DNA of 64,000 nucleotides from NCBI GenBank assembly GCA_963682135.1, contig OY821645.1, forward strand, positions 224,001 to 288,000. Reading direction: 5' to 3'. The notes beneath the pieces were generated by a model that was given only the letters and a program-made list of their open reading frames with translations, made no database searches and had not been told where the DNA came from. Source of the stretch: Methanothrix sp. Lineage in GTDB: Archaea; Halobacteriota; Methanosarcinia; Methanotrichales; Methanotrichaceae. Positions 52,071 to 63,615 of this stretch are shown here, piece after piece. Every line of letters starts with the position of its first letter. Positions within the stretch are counted from its first letter, which is position 1. Made by a program: the position numbers and the translations under genes.

Positions 52071-52224
52071 TTTGATCGTTCCTTACGATTTTTGAAAATT
52101 TTTCAGATATTTATTAGGTGTCACTCCGATATATAATTTATCCAAAGAACTGATGCATTTGGATCGAGATATCAATGCCCGCTTGGACATTCGCATAATT
52201 TGGAAATTGCTGCCTTATCTCGAA

Positions 52225-52380
52225 TCAGACTTCGATCTTCACGTTGCGCTTTTCAAAGAACTCCTTTAGCGCTTCCTCTACAACTTCACTCTGGGCACGC
52301 AGGCTGCTCTTTGTTTTTGCAGTATACACCTTCAATGTTTTGGCCATGGGTTCGGAGAGAGTTAATGTCGTTTTGGGCAT
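52225..52380 (-). CDS. Ribbon-helix-helix (CopG-like) protein
   Basis: MPKTTLTLSE...SEVVEEALKEFF. Confidence 0.7.
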   Translation of the reverse strand: MPKTTLTLSEPMAKTLKVYTAKTKSSLRAQSEVVEEALKEFFEKRNVKIEV

Positions 52381-52508
52381 AAAGTCCTTGCAACAGAATA
52401 TTATGTATTTATAGATTCTGATGCTTACAAATTTAGGTACCAACAGCTTTATATTTAAAAATATCGTGTTAAGATAATATAAAAATAAGTTTAAATGGAG
52501 AATTTAAA

Positions 52509-52676
52509 ATGCAAAATAAAAAGGATAAGAGAACAAAGGGTGTTACTGTAAAAGCAACGCCTGATGTGAAGAAGACAGGCGCTTCTGGAAATGCGGATGC
52601 AAAGAAAGGAGCTGCTGACTCTGGGAAGAAAGGTGTCCCCGCGAAAGGTGACGCGCGGAAAGGGTGGAAAAAGTAG
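52509..52676 (+). CDS. 55-aa Lys/Ala/Gly-rich basic microprotein, missed by ORF track
   Basis: MQNKKDKRTKG...KGWKK*; GGAG RBS; downstream hairpins. Confidence 0.6.
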   Translation: MQNKKDKRTKGVTVKATPDVKKTGASGNADAKKGAADSGKKGVPAKGDARKGWKK

Positions 52677-52906
52677 AAGATCACAGCGCTCAACCAATAG
52701 CGGTCTTAAGGGTAAAGAAAGACCGGTGACCATTCCCGCCAATGAATTGGCGGGCATCTAGGCTGATGCCAAAGACTGTAGCCCCAGTCTTGCGATGTTA
52801 AGAGCAGCATTGAGATCTCTATCTGAAATAGATATTAATTGGATTTATATAAACTAAGAGCCATATACGTTAATATACAATGCCTGAAACTACATCTAAC
52901 ATCTGA

Positions 52907-53260
52907 ATGCAGGAGGCGAATGAATTGACTAAAGATGTTTTAACCGAAAAAGATCTGGACGTGAATGAGAAGAAGGTATTTGGCCGAATTATAGATATGT
53001 GGAGCCTGGGAAGCGAGGCAGATCCTTATGCTCAGAGCACCAGGTCTGAAGTTATAAAATACTCCAAGAAGGACGGACTCTCTGAAGAACAGATTTTGAG
53101 CATATTGAAGAGACTTGAGTCATACAAACTGATCCACGTTGATGAGGTGAACGGCAAAGCATTTATCAAATATAATGTCGAAGCGGTCCATATTGTCAAA
53201 GAGCTTCAGAAAACAGAATATGTTAATAGCAGAACGAAGTTCATACCGCCTCATCATTGA
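52907..53260 (+). CDS. Winged-helix-like hypothetical protein
   Basis: GLSEEQI..IL.RL....LI pattern. Confidence 0.6.
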   Translation: MQEANELTKDVLTEKDLDVNEKKVFGRIIDMWSLGSEADPYAQSTRSEVIKYSKKDGLSEEQILSILKRLESYKLIHVDEVNGKAFIKYNVEAVHIVKELQKTEYVNSRTKFIPPHH

Positions 53261-53306
53261 ATGAGATTCCAGAGAATTCAGAATAATATTGGAGCCAAGA
53301 GTCGAA

Positions 53307-53573
53307 TTAGAGCTCTAGACTCCTCTCTGCCAAATACGCTCTGGCCTTCTCGGGATCACTAGCAAGTTCATCAATTCGTCTCTCCGACATCTCCCAGAAT
53401 AGATCATCAATTGCAGTCTCGTCATCTCTCTTCAGCCACCAGGATTGACAGATTTCAGCAGCCAGCCTGCAGGCGTCCTCGTCTGCCAAATTGAGTGACG
53501 AGCAGAACGTCTCGCCAACGCATGCACCCACCGACGCTCTAGTACAAAGATCACAGGTCATTTTAGACTCCAT
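53307..53573 (-). CDS. Small Cys-containing hypothetical protein
   Basis: CDLC...C...C; coding-like. Confidence 0.55.
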   Translation of the reverse strand: MESKMTCDLCTRASVGACVGETFCSSLNLADEDACRLAAEICQSWWLKRDDETAIDDLFWEMSERRIDELASDPEKARAYLAERSLEL

Positions 53574-53644
53574 TTTAAGATTTCCGGCATTTATTAATGA
53601 TATTCATCATCAGCTATTAATTATTCCACATGCAGCATTTCACA

Positions 53645-54091
53645 TCACAGTTTTCCTTCCAGGATATCGCGCATTCTTTCATAATCTTCTACAGGAAAGC
53701 GGATGGATACGGATAACTCAATTGAGCACGATTGGGTGGGGTTCAATCCGATGCAACCATCCTCTTCGTCGATGTATTCTCTGGCATCATGCGGATGAGC
53801 GGTATATTGCCAACCACCATTTGCACCCGTTATTCTGGAGTAAAGCCAGTTGTCGGCTTTTGGGTTGTTGATAGGGTCAAGGCCCGATACTATGCGCGTT
53901 AAAAAAGCTTCTGCATCTTCAGCAGCGAGAAACTCAATCCATATTATGCCAGGCTTATTTTCTTGACATGAATTAGTAGTAATGATGCCGTAGTTCCAGA
54001 TGATTTGCAGCAATGGAGCTATCTCTTCGTCCACCTCGATCACCATGTTTGATGCCGGGTCGAGAATTGCGGTTTGCTTGTGCTTAATCAA
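53645..54091 (-). CDS. Hypothetical protein
   Basis: VDEEIAPL....GI.T..SCQ motif; GGAG RBS. Confidence 0.65.
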   Translation of the reverse strand: MIKHKQTAILDPASNMVIEVDEEIAPLLQIIWNYGIITTNSCQENKPGIIWIEFLAAEDAEAFLTRIVSGLDPINNPKADNWLYSRITGANGGWQYTAHPHDAREYIDEEDGCIGLNPTQSCSIELSVSIRFPVEDYERMRDILEGKL

Positions 54092-54285
54092 AATTCTCCA
54101 GCTCCTTTTTGTTGCTCTGGGACGTGATGTCTCTCTTGTCAGGCTTACCTACCAAATGCTTTTTGAAATAGCGATTGGTGAGGCAAAACCGTAAGCTGCC
54201 AAAAAGTTGAAAATCTGCAGGGCAGTATGTCGCCCCACATAGCCGATTATAGACGGCTAGAACAGATTGCTCAAATCAAATATGT

Positions 54286-54486
54286 CTAGTATCTTCCAGG
54301 TGACCTGGCAGGTCTGTGCTTCTGGTAGCACTCGCTGCAGTAAACCGGCCTGGATCCATCCGGCTTGAAGGGAACCTGGGTTTGCTTGCCGCATTCGGAG
54401 CAAGTTACATCTGTCATTTCTCTGGGACCGCTATTGTAGCCGCCTCTGCTGCCGCTACCACTGTTCTCATATTTTCTCTCAAACAT
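54286..54486 (-). CDS. CxxC-x17-CxxC domain protein
   Basis: REM....CSECG....VPF.P...RPVYCSECY. Confidence 0.9.
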   Translation of the reverse strand: MFERKYENSGSGSRGGYNSGPREMTDVTCSECGKQTQVPFKPDGSRPVYCSECYQKHRPARSPGRY

Positions 54487-54650
54487 TTAATTCACGTACC
54501 TTTTGAATCGATTCAAAGAATCGAATCTCGCTACAAAAAACATCTCAACAAATCTCTTTGAATCGACGAGAATGTAACGGCTTATAAAGGATTAACTAGA
54601 TGATATACCTGTTGGTCGAATTAACAAATTAGTTGGCAAAAATAATGAGG

Positions 54651-55838
54651 CTAAATGATCAATAGTGCCTCTTCCTTGATGACCTTTCCCAGCCTGGTTA
54701 TGCCCTCGAAGATCCGATCTTTATCGGAGGCGGAAAAGTTCAGCCGCATGGTATTGCTGCCGCCACCATCGGCATAGAAGGCCTGACCTGGCACGAAGGC
54801 CACTTTTTCTTTAATAGCCCGGTTGAAAAGATCAAGAGACGACATGCTCTCCGGCAGTGTCGCCCAGAGGAACATTCCGCCCTCCGGTCTGGTGAAGCTG
54901 ACGTTCTCAGGGAAAGTCTCCTGCATGGTCTGCACCATAAAATCCCTTTGATCCTTGTAGGCTCTTCGTATCTTGGCTATGTGCCGTTCTATGTCGTTGT
55001 CATTGAGGTACTGATGTAAGATCCTCTGACACAGATAATTGGAATGCAGGTCTGACGCCTGTTTGGCAACTATCAGCTTCTCCATGATCTCCTGGCAGGC
55101 ACAGACCCATCCCAGACGCACTCCTGGTGCGACGATCTTGGAGAAAGAGCCGAGCAAAACGGCATTCTCCCCCAGGTAATTTCTCATTGACGGCCTGTCC
55201 TCGCCCATGAACCTCAGATCGCCATAAGGATTGTCCTCTATGAAGATCGTGCTGCTGTCGCTCAGCTCTTGCGCTACGGCTCCGAGTTTATCCCGGGAGT
55301 AGGTTATGCCTGTGGGATTCTGGAAGTTGGGGACGGAGTAGAACAGCTTGGAGTCACCCTTTGAGAGAACCCTCTTCAATGCCTGTGGGTCAACTCCGTC
55401 CTCTTGCAGCGGTATGGAGTGAAATTTAGGCTCGAAAAAGCCGAATGACTGAATTGCTGCCAGATAGGTAGGCCGCTCCAAGATGACGCCGTCACCTTTA
55501 TTCAAGAATACCTTGCCCAGGAGGTCGAGGGCCTGCTGAGAGCCATTGGTGATCAAGATCTCGGATGCACTTACCTTTACGCCCCTTCTGGCGTACCTCT
55601 GCGCGATCATCTCTCTGAGTGGAAGGTAGCCTTCCGTTGTGCTGTACTGTAAAGACGCTTCGCCGCATTCAGAGAGAACCTTCTCAGCGGCCGATGCTAT
55701 CTCTTGCACCGGGAAATATTTGGGATTGGGAAGCCCTCCGGCAAAGGATATGATTTCGGGGTCCTCCGTCACCTTCAGGATCTCTCTCACAAACGATCTA
55801 TGGACACAACTCATCCTATCTGCAAATAATCTGGTCAT
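54651..55838 (-). CDS. PLP-dependent aminotransferase class I (LysN/Aro8-like)
   Basis: ISFAGGLP, GSQQALDL, FQNPTG, SFSK. Confidence 0.92.
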   Translation of the reverse strand: MTRLFADRMSCVHRSFVREILKVTEDPEIISFAGGLPNPKYFPVQEIASAAEKVLSECGEASLQYSTTEGYLPLREMIAQRYARRGVKVSASEILITNGSQQALDLLGKVFLNKGDGVILERPTYLAAIQSFGFFEPKFHSIPLQEDGVDPQALKRVLSKGDSKLFYSVPNFQNPTGITYSRDKLGAVAQELSDSSTIFIEDNPYGDLRFMGEDRPSMRNYLGENAVLLGSFSKIVAPGVRLGWVCACQEIMEKLIVAKQASDLHSNYLCQRILHQYLNDNDIERHIAKIRRAYKDQRDFMVQTMQETFPENVSFTRPEGGMFLWATLPESMSSLDLFNRAIKEKVAFVPGQAFYADGGGSNTMRLNFSASDKDRIFEGITRLGKVIKEEALLII

Positions 55839-55898
55839 TTTGGTTTCTCTCTACATTCTCTAAACCTGCCTTAAGATAATGTTATATCTCCTTAGCGA

Positions 55899-57623
55899 TT
55901 GACAAGCAATTTCATGCCAGGCAAAGTCTCATACAGCTATGCTTTTCGCGGCTCGGAAAAACCGCTTATTGGAAAGACTATCGGAGATCTGTTCGATGAA
56001 ATGGCGGATAAATATCCCGATAACGACGCAATTGTATCCATCCATCAGGGAACGCGATACACATACCGTGAGCTGCAAAAGGAGCTGGACCGCGCCGCTA
56101 AGGGTTTCATTGCACTGGGCCTCAAGAAGGGCGACCGTCTGGCCATTTGGGCTACAAACCTGGCAGAATGGATAATCACCCAGTTCGCCACAGCAAAAGC
56201 CGGCATCATCATGGTCAACATCAATCCCGCCTACCGGACGCACGAACTGGAGTATGCTCTGCGCCAATCAGAAGCGCAGGCTCTGCTGCTCATGGACCGC
56301 TTCAAGAGTTCTGACTATGTGCAGATGTTCTACGAGGTCTGCCCCGAGGCCAGGACAGCCCAGTTAGGCAAGATTCACTCCGAGAAGCTGCCATTTCTGC
56401 GCACAGCTGTGATGATCCGAGGCGAGAAGCCGCAGGGCATGTGGTCCTGGGATGAAGTGCTCAGGATGGGAGATGAGGTGCCTGATGAGATTTTGCAGGA
56501 GAGGGAGGAAAGCCTGGACTTTGACGATCCCATAAATATTCAGTATACTTCAGGCACAACCGGCTTCCCTAAGGGCGTGGTTCTCACGCATCATAACATA
56601 TTGAACAACGGCTACTTTATCGGCGAATGCATGAATTTTACAAATAAAGACCGGCTTTGCATACCTGTACCATTTTATCATTGTTTTGGCATGGTGCTCT
56701 CCAATTTGGCCTGCATGACGCACGCAGCCACAATGGTGCTGCCTGCGGAGTACTTTGATCCCGTCATGGTTATGTCGGCCATTGAGAAAGAGCACTGCAC
56801 AGCGGTGCACGGTGTGCCCACCATGTTCATCGCCGAACTTGAGCACCCCGATTTCTCCAAATACGATTTCTCAAGCCTGCGCACCGGAATCATGGCCGGA
56901 TCGCCCTGCCCCATTGAGTTCATGAAGAAGGTCAGCACTCTCATGAACATGCGAGAAGTGGTAATCACTTACGGCCAAACGGAAGCCTCGCCAGGCATCA
57001 CCATGTCCTCCACCGATGATTCCCTGGATCAGAGAGTCTCGACCATCGGCAGGCCCATGCCCCATACCGAGATGAAGATCGTGGACCCCAAGACTGGGAA
57101 AATGGTCCACCGCGGGGAGACGGGCGAGATATGTGCCCGCGGCTACATGATCATGCGCTGCTACTACAACAATCAGGTGGCCACAGACCAGTGCGTAGAC
57201 AAGGAAGGGTGGCTGCACACCGGCGACCTGGGCACTCTGGATGAGGTGGACTACTGCAAGATAACAGGCCGGCTCAAAGATATGGTCATCCGGGGCGGAG
57301 AGAATATCTATCCCCGAGAGATTGAGGAGTTCCTCTATACCCATCCGGCTGTAAGCGATGTGCAGGTCATTGGTGTACCTGACAAGAAGTATGGAGAGGA
57401 GATCATGGCCTGGATCAAACTCAAGAAAGGAGTTACGGCCAGCGCAGAGGAGATCAAGGCTTTCTGTAAAGGAAGGATCGCGCACTTCAAAGTTCCCAGG
57501 TACATCAAATTTGTGGATGACTTCCCCATGACTGTTAGCGGCAAGATTCAGAAGTTCAAGATGAGAGATGAGTCCATCAAGGAGCTGGGACTGGAGGAAG
57601 CAGCCAGAATGAAGACGGCCTGA
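55899..57623 (+). CDS. AMP-binding acyl-CoA synthetase
   Basis: YTSGTTGFPKG, YGQTE, TGDLG, GRLKD, SGKIQK. Confidence 0.93.
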   Translation: MTSNFMPGKVSYSYAFRGSEKPLIGKTIGDLFDEMADKYPDNDAIVSIHQGTRYTYRELQKELDRAAKGFIALGLKKGDRLAIWATNLAEWIITQFATAKAGIIMVNINPAYRTHELEYALRQSEAQALLLMDRFKSSDYVQMFYEVCPEARTAQLGKIHSEKLPFLRTAVMIRGEKPQGMWSWDEVLRMGDEVPDEILQEREESLDFDDPINIQYTSGTTGFPKGVVLTHHNILNNGYFIGECMNFTNKDRLCIPVPFYHCFGMVLSNLACMTHAATMVLPAEYFDPVMVMSAIEKEHCTAVHGVPTMFIAELEHPDFSKYDFSSLRTGIMAGSPCPIEFMKKVSTLMNMREVVITYGQTEASPGITMSSTDDSLDQRVSTIGRPMPHTEMKIVDPKTGKMVHRGETGEICARGYMIMRCYYNNQVATDQCVDKEGWLHTGDLGTLDEVDYCKITGRLKDMVIRGGENIYPREIEEFLYTHPAVSDVQVIGVPDKKYGEEIMAWIKLKKGVTASAEEIKAFCKGRIAHFKVPRYIKFVDDFPMTVSGKIQKFKMRDESIKELGLEEAARMKTA

Positions 57624-57719
57624 ATGGCCTATTATTTTCCCATTGGGTCGAATGTGATTCATTTCAATTCGTGCCGCAATCAGAAGGTATCTTATATCAC
57701 TTACTCCTAAGAGTCATTG

Positions 57720-58433
57720 ATGTTACGCCAAAGGTTCGTGCTGGATACGACAGCCCTCACGGACTCTTTAGCCTGGGAGAGCGAGGGTGCAGCCAGCATC
57801 TGTGAGGGAATGAATGCCATTTTAGATCGGGTGGCAGAAGGAAGACTACATCTGGGAATCAGTTGCTACATCCCGTATCCTTCAGTCTACAATGAGATCA
57901 AGGATTTCGCCAGGCATAATAATTGTGATGCTCGAGTCCTGGGTAAGGTCGATACCTGGCTTGTCAAAAAGTCACCGGACAGATACAAGGTGAAGGTGCC
58001 TTCCAAGATATTTTATGAATATGTCGACTACATGAGAAGCCGCATAAACAAAGGCATGAACATCTCCGAAGAGGCCATATGGGAATCCGTCTCCCGATGC
58101 ATATCCCTCTCCGAGCGCGAGAGCGGCCTCGCGAACATGAAAGATGAGATCGAGCGGGAGATTGTGGGCAGCATAATACGCAAATTTAGAGAGAAGTACA
58201 GGGCTGCACTGCGCTATGGCATACTGGACAGCGCTCCGGACATCGACGTATTGTTATTGGCAAAAGAGCTGGATGCGGCGGTTGTCTCTCAAGACCTGGG
58301 TATACAGCGCTGGGCAGAACAGCTAGGCCTTCGATTTATGGAATCCAGATCATTTCCAATTATGATTAAAGAGTACCTGAACGCCTTGCCCGAACTGTAC
58401 ATAGAGGAGAAAGAAGAGGATCGAATGATTTGA
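57720..58433 (+). CDS. HARP / RNA ligase partner PIN protein (RNA-free RNase P homolog)
   Basis: [35 protein letters not shown]. Confidence 0.88.
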   Translation: MLRQRFVLDTTALTDSLAWESEGAASICEGMNAILDRVAEGRLHLGISCYIPYPSVYNEIKDFARHNNCDARVLGKVDTWLVKKSPDRYKVKVPSKIFYEYVDYMRSRINKGMNISEEAIWESVSRCISLSERESGLANMKDEIEREIVGSIIRKFREKYRAALRYGILDSAPDIDVLLLAKELDAAVVSQDLGIQRWAEQLGLRFMESRSFPIMIKEYLNALPELYIEEKEEDRMI

Positions 58434-58448
58434 TATCCAGAAAATTAT

Positions 58449-61400
58449 TTATGAGCCACTCGTTTCAATGACTTGTTCGCATTTTTCCAATGCCAACTTC
58501 AGTTCTTCTATACGTATCGGTTTGCTGAGATAGTCGTCCATGCCAGCTTTAAGAAACTCCTCTCGATCCCCATCAAGAGCATAAGCCGTCATGGCTATTA
58601 TGTAAGGCTGTTTTTTCATTTTTTGCTCGCGGATACTGCGCGTGGCATCCAATCCGTCCATATCCGGCATTTGTATGTCCATAAGAATGAGATCATAATC
58701 CTTTCTTTCCAAAGACGACAGAACATCAAGGCCGTTGCCAGCGATATCAGCTCTATAGTTTAGGCGTTTTAGCATGCTCAGAGCCACTTTCTGATTTACC
58801 AGATTATCCTCAGCCAGGAGAATGGCAAGATTGCTCTTCCTCTCAGGCTTGCCTAAAGGAAGCTGTCCTTTTGCGGCTTCATTCTCTTTGCTCTTAGGAG
58901 TGAGCAAGCCGACCAGCAGACGCTTGAGCTGGAGAGGCTTGACTGGTTTGGTTAACCAGCCGCTCACAGAAGGGTCTCGTTCTATCTTGCTTCCTATGTG
59001 ACTTATCATCACAATAAATGGATGCCTTTGCATGGACTTGATCCGTCTCAACAAGAGCCTGCAATCCATATCAGGCAAGAATGCATCAATGATCACATAG
59101 TCATATTTTTCACTTTCCAGGATCTTTGCAGCATCCATTCCACCAGCTATTGCCTTTGCATTCATTTGCCAGGACTCTGCTGCCTTCGTGAGCATATTTC
59201 GCACTGATTCGCTGCCTTCTACTATCAACAGGCTCTTTTTGGCCAAAATTGGATCGCTTGGCAACATCGCTTTATTTTCAACTGAAACGCCGCATAAGAT
59301 GGAAAAGTAAAAGGTGCTGCCCTTTCCAGCTGTACTGTCTACGGAGATCTCTCCTCCCATCATCTCCACCAGCTTGCGGCTTATGGCCAGCCCAAGGCCG
59401 GTTCCGCCGTAATACCTGGTTGTGGATGAGTCAACCTGAGTAAATGACTGAAATAGCTTGCCCAGGTTTTCCTGGGATATGCCGATACCTGTATCTTTAA
59501 TGGCAAAATGGAGCATGACTTTATCGCCCTGCAAGGGAGAGGAGGTTACCAACAGTACGACCTCGCCCTTTTCCGTAAATTTCACGGCATTTCCCAGGAG
59601 ATTGGTTAATATCTGACGCAGCCTGATCTCATCGCCCATAAGCATTGTAGGCACATCCTCCTCCTGGAAATAAGTAAACTCCACCCCTTTCTCCGCCGCC
59701 CTGGCAGCCACCAGATCCATCGAAACCTCAATGCATCTGGCCAGATCAAAGGGCTGGATATCCAGCTCGAGTTTATCTCCATCTATCTTTGAATAGTCTA
59801 AAATGTCGTTGATTATTGCGAGCAGGGCATTTCCGCTGCTACGAATGGTCTCCAGGTAATCACGCTGCTCGATTTTTGGATCCATCTGCAAGAGAAGATC
59901 GCTCATGCCTATGACGGCATTCATGGGGGTGCGGATCTCATGGCTCATATTGGCCAGGAAATTCGATTTGGCCTTTGTGGCCGATTCCGCTCTATTCTTG
60001 GCACTCTTCAGGTCTTCTTCTGCCATTTTTCTATCTGTGATATCCCTTATGGACTCGATGGCCCCATAGATCGTCCCCTCTGAGTCATAGAGGACCCCTG
60101 CACTTCCCAATAGATATGCCGGCTCGCCCAGCATTTCGGAGACAAAGGAGTCTCCCTCCAATGTGCCGTCTTCTTGCCATTTGATGCGCTCATATTCCTT
60201 TTCCAAAGTGGCATCGGGCTTTAAAACCAGATCGATTAGCATAGGCCTTCTCACTTTGTAGAATGGAAGAGCATACTCATAGTTGCCTTTACCCAGAATA
60301 TAAGCGGCCTTGATGCCTGTAATCTTCTCGATTGCCCTGTTCCATGCAATTACCACGCCGCCTCTGTTTATGACAAATGTAGCATCGGGCAGGAAGTTTA
60401 TGATATCGGCCAATCTGCGCTCGGAGTCCTTAAGAGCATCCTCTGCCATCTGACGCACCTGGATTTGTTTCTGCAAATCTATGTTGGACGCCTCGAGCTG
60501 AGAGGTGCGCTCTGCAACTCTTTTCTCCAGTCCTTCATTGAGGCGTATGACTTCCTGTTGCGCAAGATCGCGCTCGACGATATCTTGCTGTGCCTCATGA
60601 TAGAGCTGAGAATTTTCATTGAGGGCCAGAACCTGGCGTATTATAGTCAATCCAATTATCAAAGCTACAGCCCAAGACAGTGATTCGAAGGATAAACCAA
60701 TAGTATGATCATGACTCCAGATGAGCAACGCAAACGCACCTGCCGCACAGAAATAGGGCAGATAAAGTGGCCAGGTGAGCTGTCCATAATGAGTATTTTT
60801 ATTCAAGAATGCGCAAGATGCACCCCTATGAATAACGTCGACCTGAGACATGGCTGCAAGCCCGATCAGGACATATGAGATCGGCCAGCCCATATCCAGT
60901 AGCCCTCCCGCAACATATGTTTCATCTAGAGACTGGCGAAAGAAAATAGCATCAGTTATTATCAGAGCGGATATTCCGCCGACAAGAAATAATAATGGTG
61001 TCTGTCTTTTCTCATAAATCCTCTTGAAAAGCAACTCCAGGACCGCAAAGAGCAAAACTAAATCCGCCACAGGATATGCAATGGAAAGTGCTAGAGAGAT
61101 GGCATCGGTGTCTCCTGATTCCTGGATAGTAGGGGAGATGATGAGACTCCAGAAGATAAGAATCGCCGAAATCATCACTATTCCCGTATCTATCATCATC
61201 TTGAGCCGCTCGCTAGTGGAGAATTTTATGCTGGGCAAAAAGAAGATGCCGAGCAGAAATAGCGGGTAATATACTATATAGAAATAGTCAGCAATAGAGG
61301 GAAAAGGACTTTCCTGGAGGACGATTTCCGTATAAGTCCAAATGGTATCAGCAACGGTGAAGTCGAGCCTGGCTATTGCCAAAAACAGCCAGGCTAAGTA

Positions 61401-61694
61401 GACCCCATTTCCATGGAAATAGGAGTACATGGAACAATAAAACAGAGCCAGAGTTACGATGAAGTCAATGACAGATGTGGCAATATCTGTGAAAATGGTA
61501 TTCGCCTCTTGATCTGGGCTCAGTGCCATCATCGACAGGTAAAAAGAGATAATAATCAAAGCCCCAACAGCCAAAGAATAACGAAATGGCGGGACCCAAC
61601 CCATTGTAGCAGATCCCGCCCCTGCCGCTAACCTGAAGATGCTGGCGGAGAGAGAATCATCAGCCATTTCTCTCGCTTCACCCGAAGATTGCAT
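58449..61694 (-). CDS. Membrane hybrid histidine kinase (multi-TM, PAS, HisKA, HATPase, 2 REC)
   Basis: [31 protein letters not shown]. Confidence 0.95.
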   Translation of the reverse strand: MQSSGEAREMADDSLSASIFRLAAGAGSATMGWVPPFRYSLAVGALIIISFYLSMMALSPDQEANTIFTDIATSVIDFIVTLALFYCSMYSYFHGNGVYLAWLFLAIARLDFTVADTIWTYTEIVLQESPFPSIADYFYIVYYPLFLLGIFFLPSIKFSTSERLKMMIDTGIVMISAILIFWSLIISPTIQESGDTDAISLALSIAYPVADLVLLFAVLELLFKRIYEKRQTPLLFLVGGISALIITDAIFFRQSLDETYVAGGLLDMGWPISYVLIGLAAMSQVDVIHRGASCAFLNKNTHYGQLTWPLYLPYFCAAGAFALLIWSHDHTIGLSFESLSWAVALIIGLTIIRQVLALNENSQLYHEAQQDIVERDLAQQEVIRLNEGLEKRVAERTSQLEASNIDLQKQIQVRQMAEDALKDSERRLADIINFLPDATFVINRGGVVIAWNRAIEKITGIKAAYILGKGNYEYALPFYKVRRPMLIDLVLKPDATLEKEYERIKWQEDGTLEGDSFVSEMLGEPAYLLGSAGVLYDSEGTIYGAIESIRDITDRKMAEEDLKSAKNRAESATKAKSNFLANMSHEIRTPMNAVIGMSDLLLQMDPKIEQRDYLETIRSSGNALLAIINDILDYSKIDGDKLELDIQPFDLARCIEVSMDLVAARAAEKGVEFTYFQEEDVPTMLMGDEIRLRQILTNLLGNAVKFTEKGEVVLLVTSSPLQGDKVMLHFAIKDTGIGISQENLGKLFQSFTQVDSSTTRYYGGTGLGLAISRKLVEMMGGEISVDSTAGKGSTFYFSILCGVSVENKAMLPSDPILAKKSLLIVEGSESVRNMLTKAAESWQMNAKAIAGGMDAAKILESEKYDYVIIDAFLPDMDCRLLLRRIKSMQRHPFIVMISHIGSKIERDPSVSGWLTKPVKPLQLKRLLVGLLTPKSKENEAAKGQLPLGKPERKSNLAILLAEDNLVNQKVALSMLKRLNYRADIAGNGLDVLSSLERKDYDLILMDIQMPDMDGLDATRSIREQKMKKQPYIIAMTAYALDGDREEFLKAGMDDYLSKPIRIEELKLALEKCEQVIETSGS

Positions 61695-61837
61695 AATTCA
61701 TCATCCATGCCACTATTCAACATCAATCGCAGAGGGCCTTCCATTATCAACTCTACAGACCTATTATGTGTTCTAGCTTCAGATATAACAATATATCCAT
61801 TTCGTGCCAGATTATGATTTAGAACGGAATCAGGGCT

Positions 61838-62260
61838 AATCCCCGCCTTTTCAAAGGCAGGAGTGTTTCGATATAGACTCAAGCCAACAAAAGCTCAAGT
61901 AACCAAGCTGAAATGAGCGACTGAAGCTTTGCCGATGGGTCTATAACGAAACGTTGGATATGCGAAAGAATGCCTTTGAACAAGATGGGAAATATGTAAG
62001 ATACTTTGAATCCAAGAGGATGCTACCGATCTGGAAAGAGATGAAGCCGGAACTGAAAAAAGTTCATTCTCAGGTATTGCAGGACGTGGTTCTGAGGGTT
62101 GACCTCGCATTGAGAGCATTCTTAAAACGGGTTCAATCTGGCGAAGAAGAAGAAGTTTGTTATCCTCGCTTCAAGGGAAAGAACAGATACGATAGCTTCA
62201 GTTATCCACAGAGTGGCTTTTGCATAGACGGCAACATGATTTGGTTATCCATTGGCGAGT
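61838..62260 (+). pseudogene. tnpB: IS200/IS605 end hairpin plus 5' fragment of tnpB
   Basis: ccccgccttttcaaaggcaggag hairpin; YRLKPT..Q, CRWVYN, VHSQVLQ, YPRFKG..RYDSF.YPQSG; frameshifted, no RuvC. Confidence 0.85.
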
Positions 62261-62328
62261 TTGGCGAGAGTCGTGACGTGAAAGGAGAAGATAAGACCTT
62301 CTCCCGGCCTATGCTGCGCAACTGTTTC

Positions 62329-63615
62329 TCACGCCTTCGGCTCCAGCCTTCTTCTAACTGATTCGGCATGTGCCTTCAGGCCTTCCGCCTCGGCCAGTGT
62401 AGTAATAGTATCCTCCAGACCCAGGAGCCCTTCATCGGTTATCATCTGCACTGATATCTTCTTGGTGAAGTGGTCCACATTTAATCCTGAAAATGTTCTG
62501 GCGTAGCCGGAGGTGGGAAGCACGTGATTGGTGCCGCTGGCATAGTCGCCAGCCGCAACAGGCGTGAACTTGCCCAAGAATACGCTGCCAGCATTGCGAA
62601 TGTGCCTGAAGACATCCATGGGGTCACGGGTGATTATCTCCAAATGTTCCGGCGCAAAGGCATTGCAAAAGTCCACTGCTTCGTCCATGTCATCGGCCAG
62701 GAGAACGGCGCTGTGATTCAGGCTCTGCTCTACTATCTCGCGGCGCGCTGCTCCTGCTGCTTGAATGCTCAGTTCCTCGATCACAGCACTGGCCAGCAGG
62801 TCGTCTAATGCCACCAACACGGAAATGGACCTGGGATCATGCTCGCCCTGAGCGATCATGTCAGCGGCGATAACCCCCGGATCGGCGGTCCGATCGGCCA
62901 GGATGAGAACTTCGCTCGGGCCTGCCGGAAAGTCTATCTCCACGCTGCCACGCAGAAGCATCTTGGCGGCAGTGACATAGACATTGCCCGGTCCCACGAT
63001 CTTTTGCACTCGCTCGATGCTCTCAGTGCCTAGACCCATAGCAGCTATGGCCTGAGCCCCGCCCAACTTGTAAATCTCATCTGCTCCGGCCTTGTCGGCT
63101 GCCACAAGAGTCAGGGGAGTTATGGATCCGTCCGCTTTGGGGGGAGTGCATACTACTATCCTGGAGACGCCGGCAACTTTTGCAGGAATTATGTTCATCA
63201 ATGCAGAGCTAGGATAAGAGGCTCTCCCGCCGGGCACATAAGCACCCACAGAGTCGATAGGCACTACCTTCTGGCCAACAGAGACGCCGGGAGCAATCTC
63301 AGTCATCCACAATTGCCGCTCCTTTTGCAGCCTATGGAATTGGAAGATATTTTCTGCCGCATCAGACAGGGCTTCCATCAGCCTTTCCTCCACCAGATCG
63401 TAGGCTGCATCAATCTCTTCTTCGCTTACCCGCAGGTCGTCGAGACGAGCACCCTCAAACGTCTCTGTGAACTTGAAGAGAGCTTCATCACCTTTGCTTC
63501 CCACGTCCATGACAATATCATTGACTGCGGAAAGCACCTCGGAAATGCCCACATCTCGAGAGAGAAGGGCTTGCAGCTCTTCATCCTTCAGCTCACTTAA
63601 CATCTTTGTAATCAT
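62329..63615 (-). CDS. hisD: Histidinol dehydrogenase
   Basis: [34 protein letters not shown]. Confidence 0.97.
   Translation of the reverse strand: MITKMLSELKDEELQALLSRDVGISEVLSAVNDIVMDVGSKGDEALFKFTETFEGARLDDLRVSEEEIDAAYDLVEERLMEALSDAAENIFQFHRLQKERQLWMTEIAPGVSVGQKVVPIDSVGAYVPGGRASYPSSALMNIIPAKVAGVSRIVVCTPPKADGSITPLTLVAADKAGADEIYKLGGAQAIAAMGLGTESIERVQKIVGPGNVYVTAAKMLLRGSVEIDFPAGPSEVLILADRTADPGVIAADMIAQGEHDPRSISVLVALDDLLASAVIEELSIQAAGAARREIVEQSLNHSAVLLADDMDEAVDFCNAFAPEHLEIITRDPMDVFRHIRNAGSVFLGKFTPVAAGDYASGTNHVLPTSGYARTFSGLNVDHFTKKISVQMITDEGLLGLEDTITTLAEAEGLKAHAESVRRRLEPKA

Noticed and set aside
61954-62361. Functional TnpB nuclease
   Set aside because: Frameshifted, no RuvC domain
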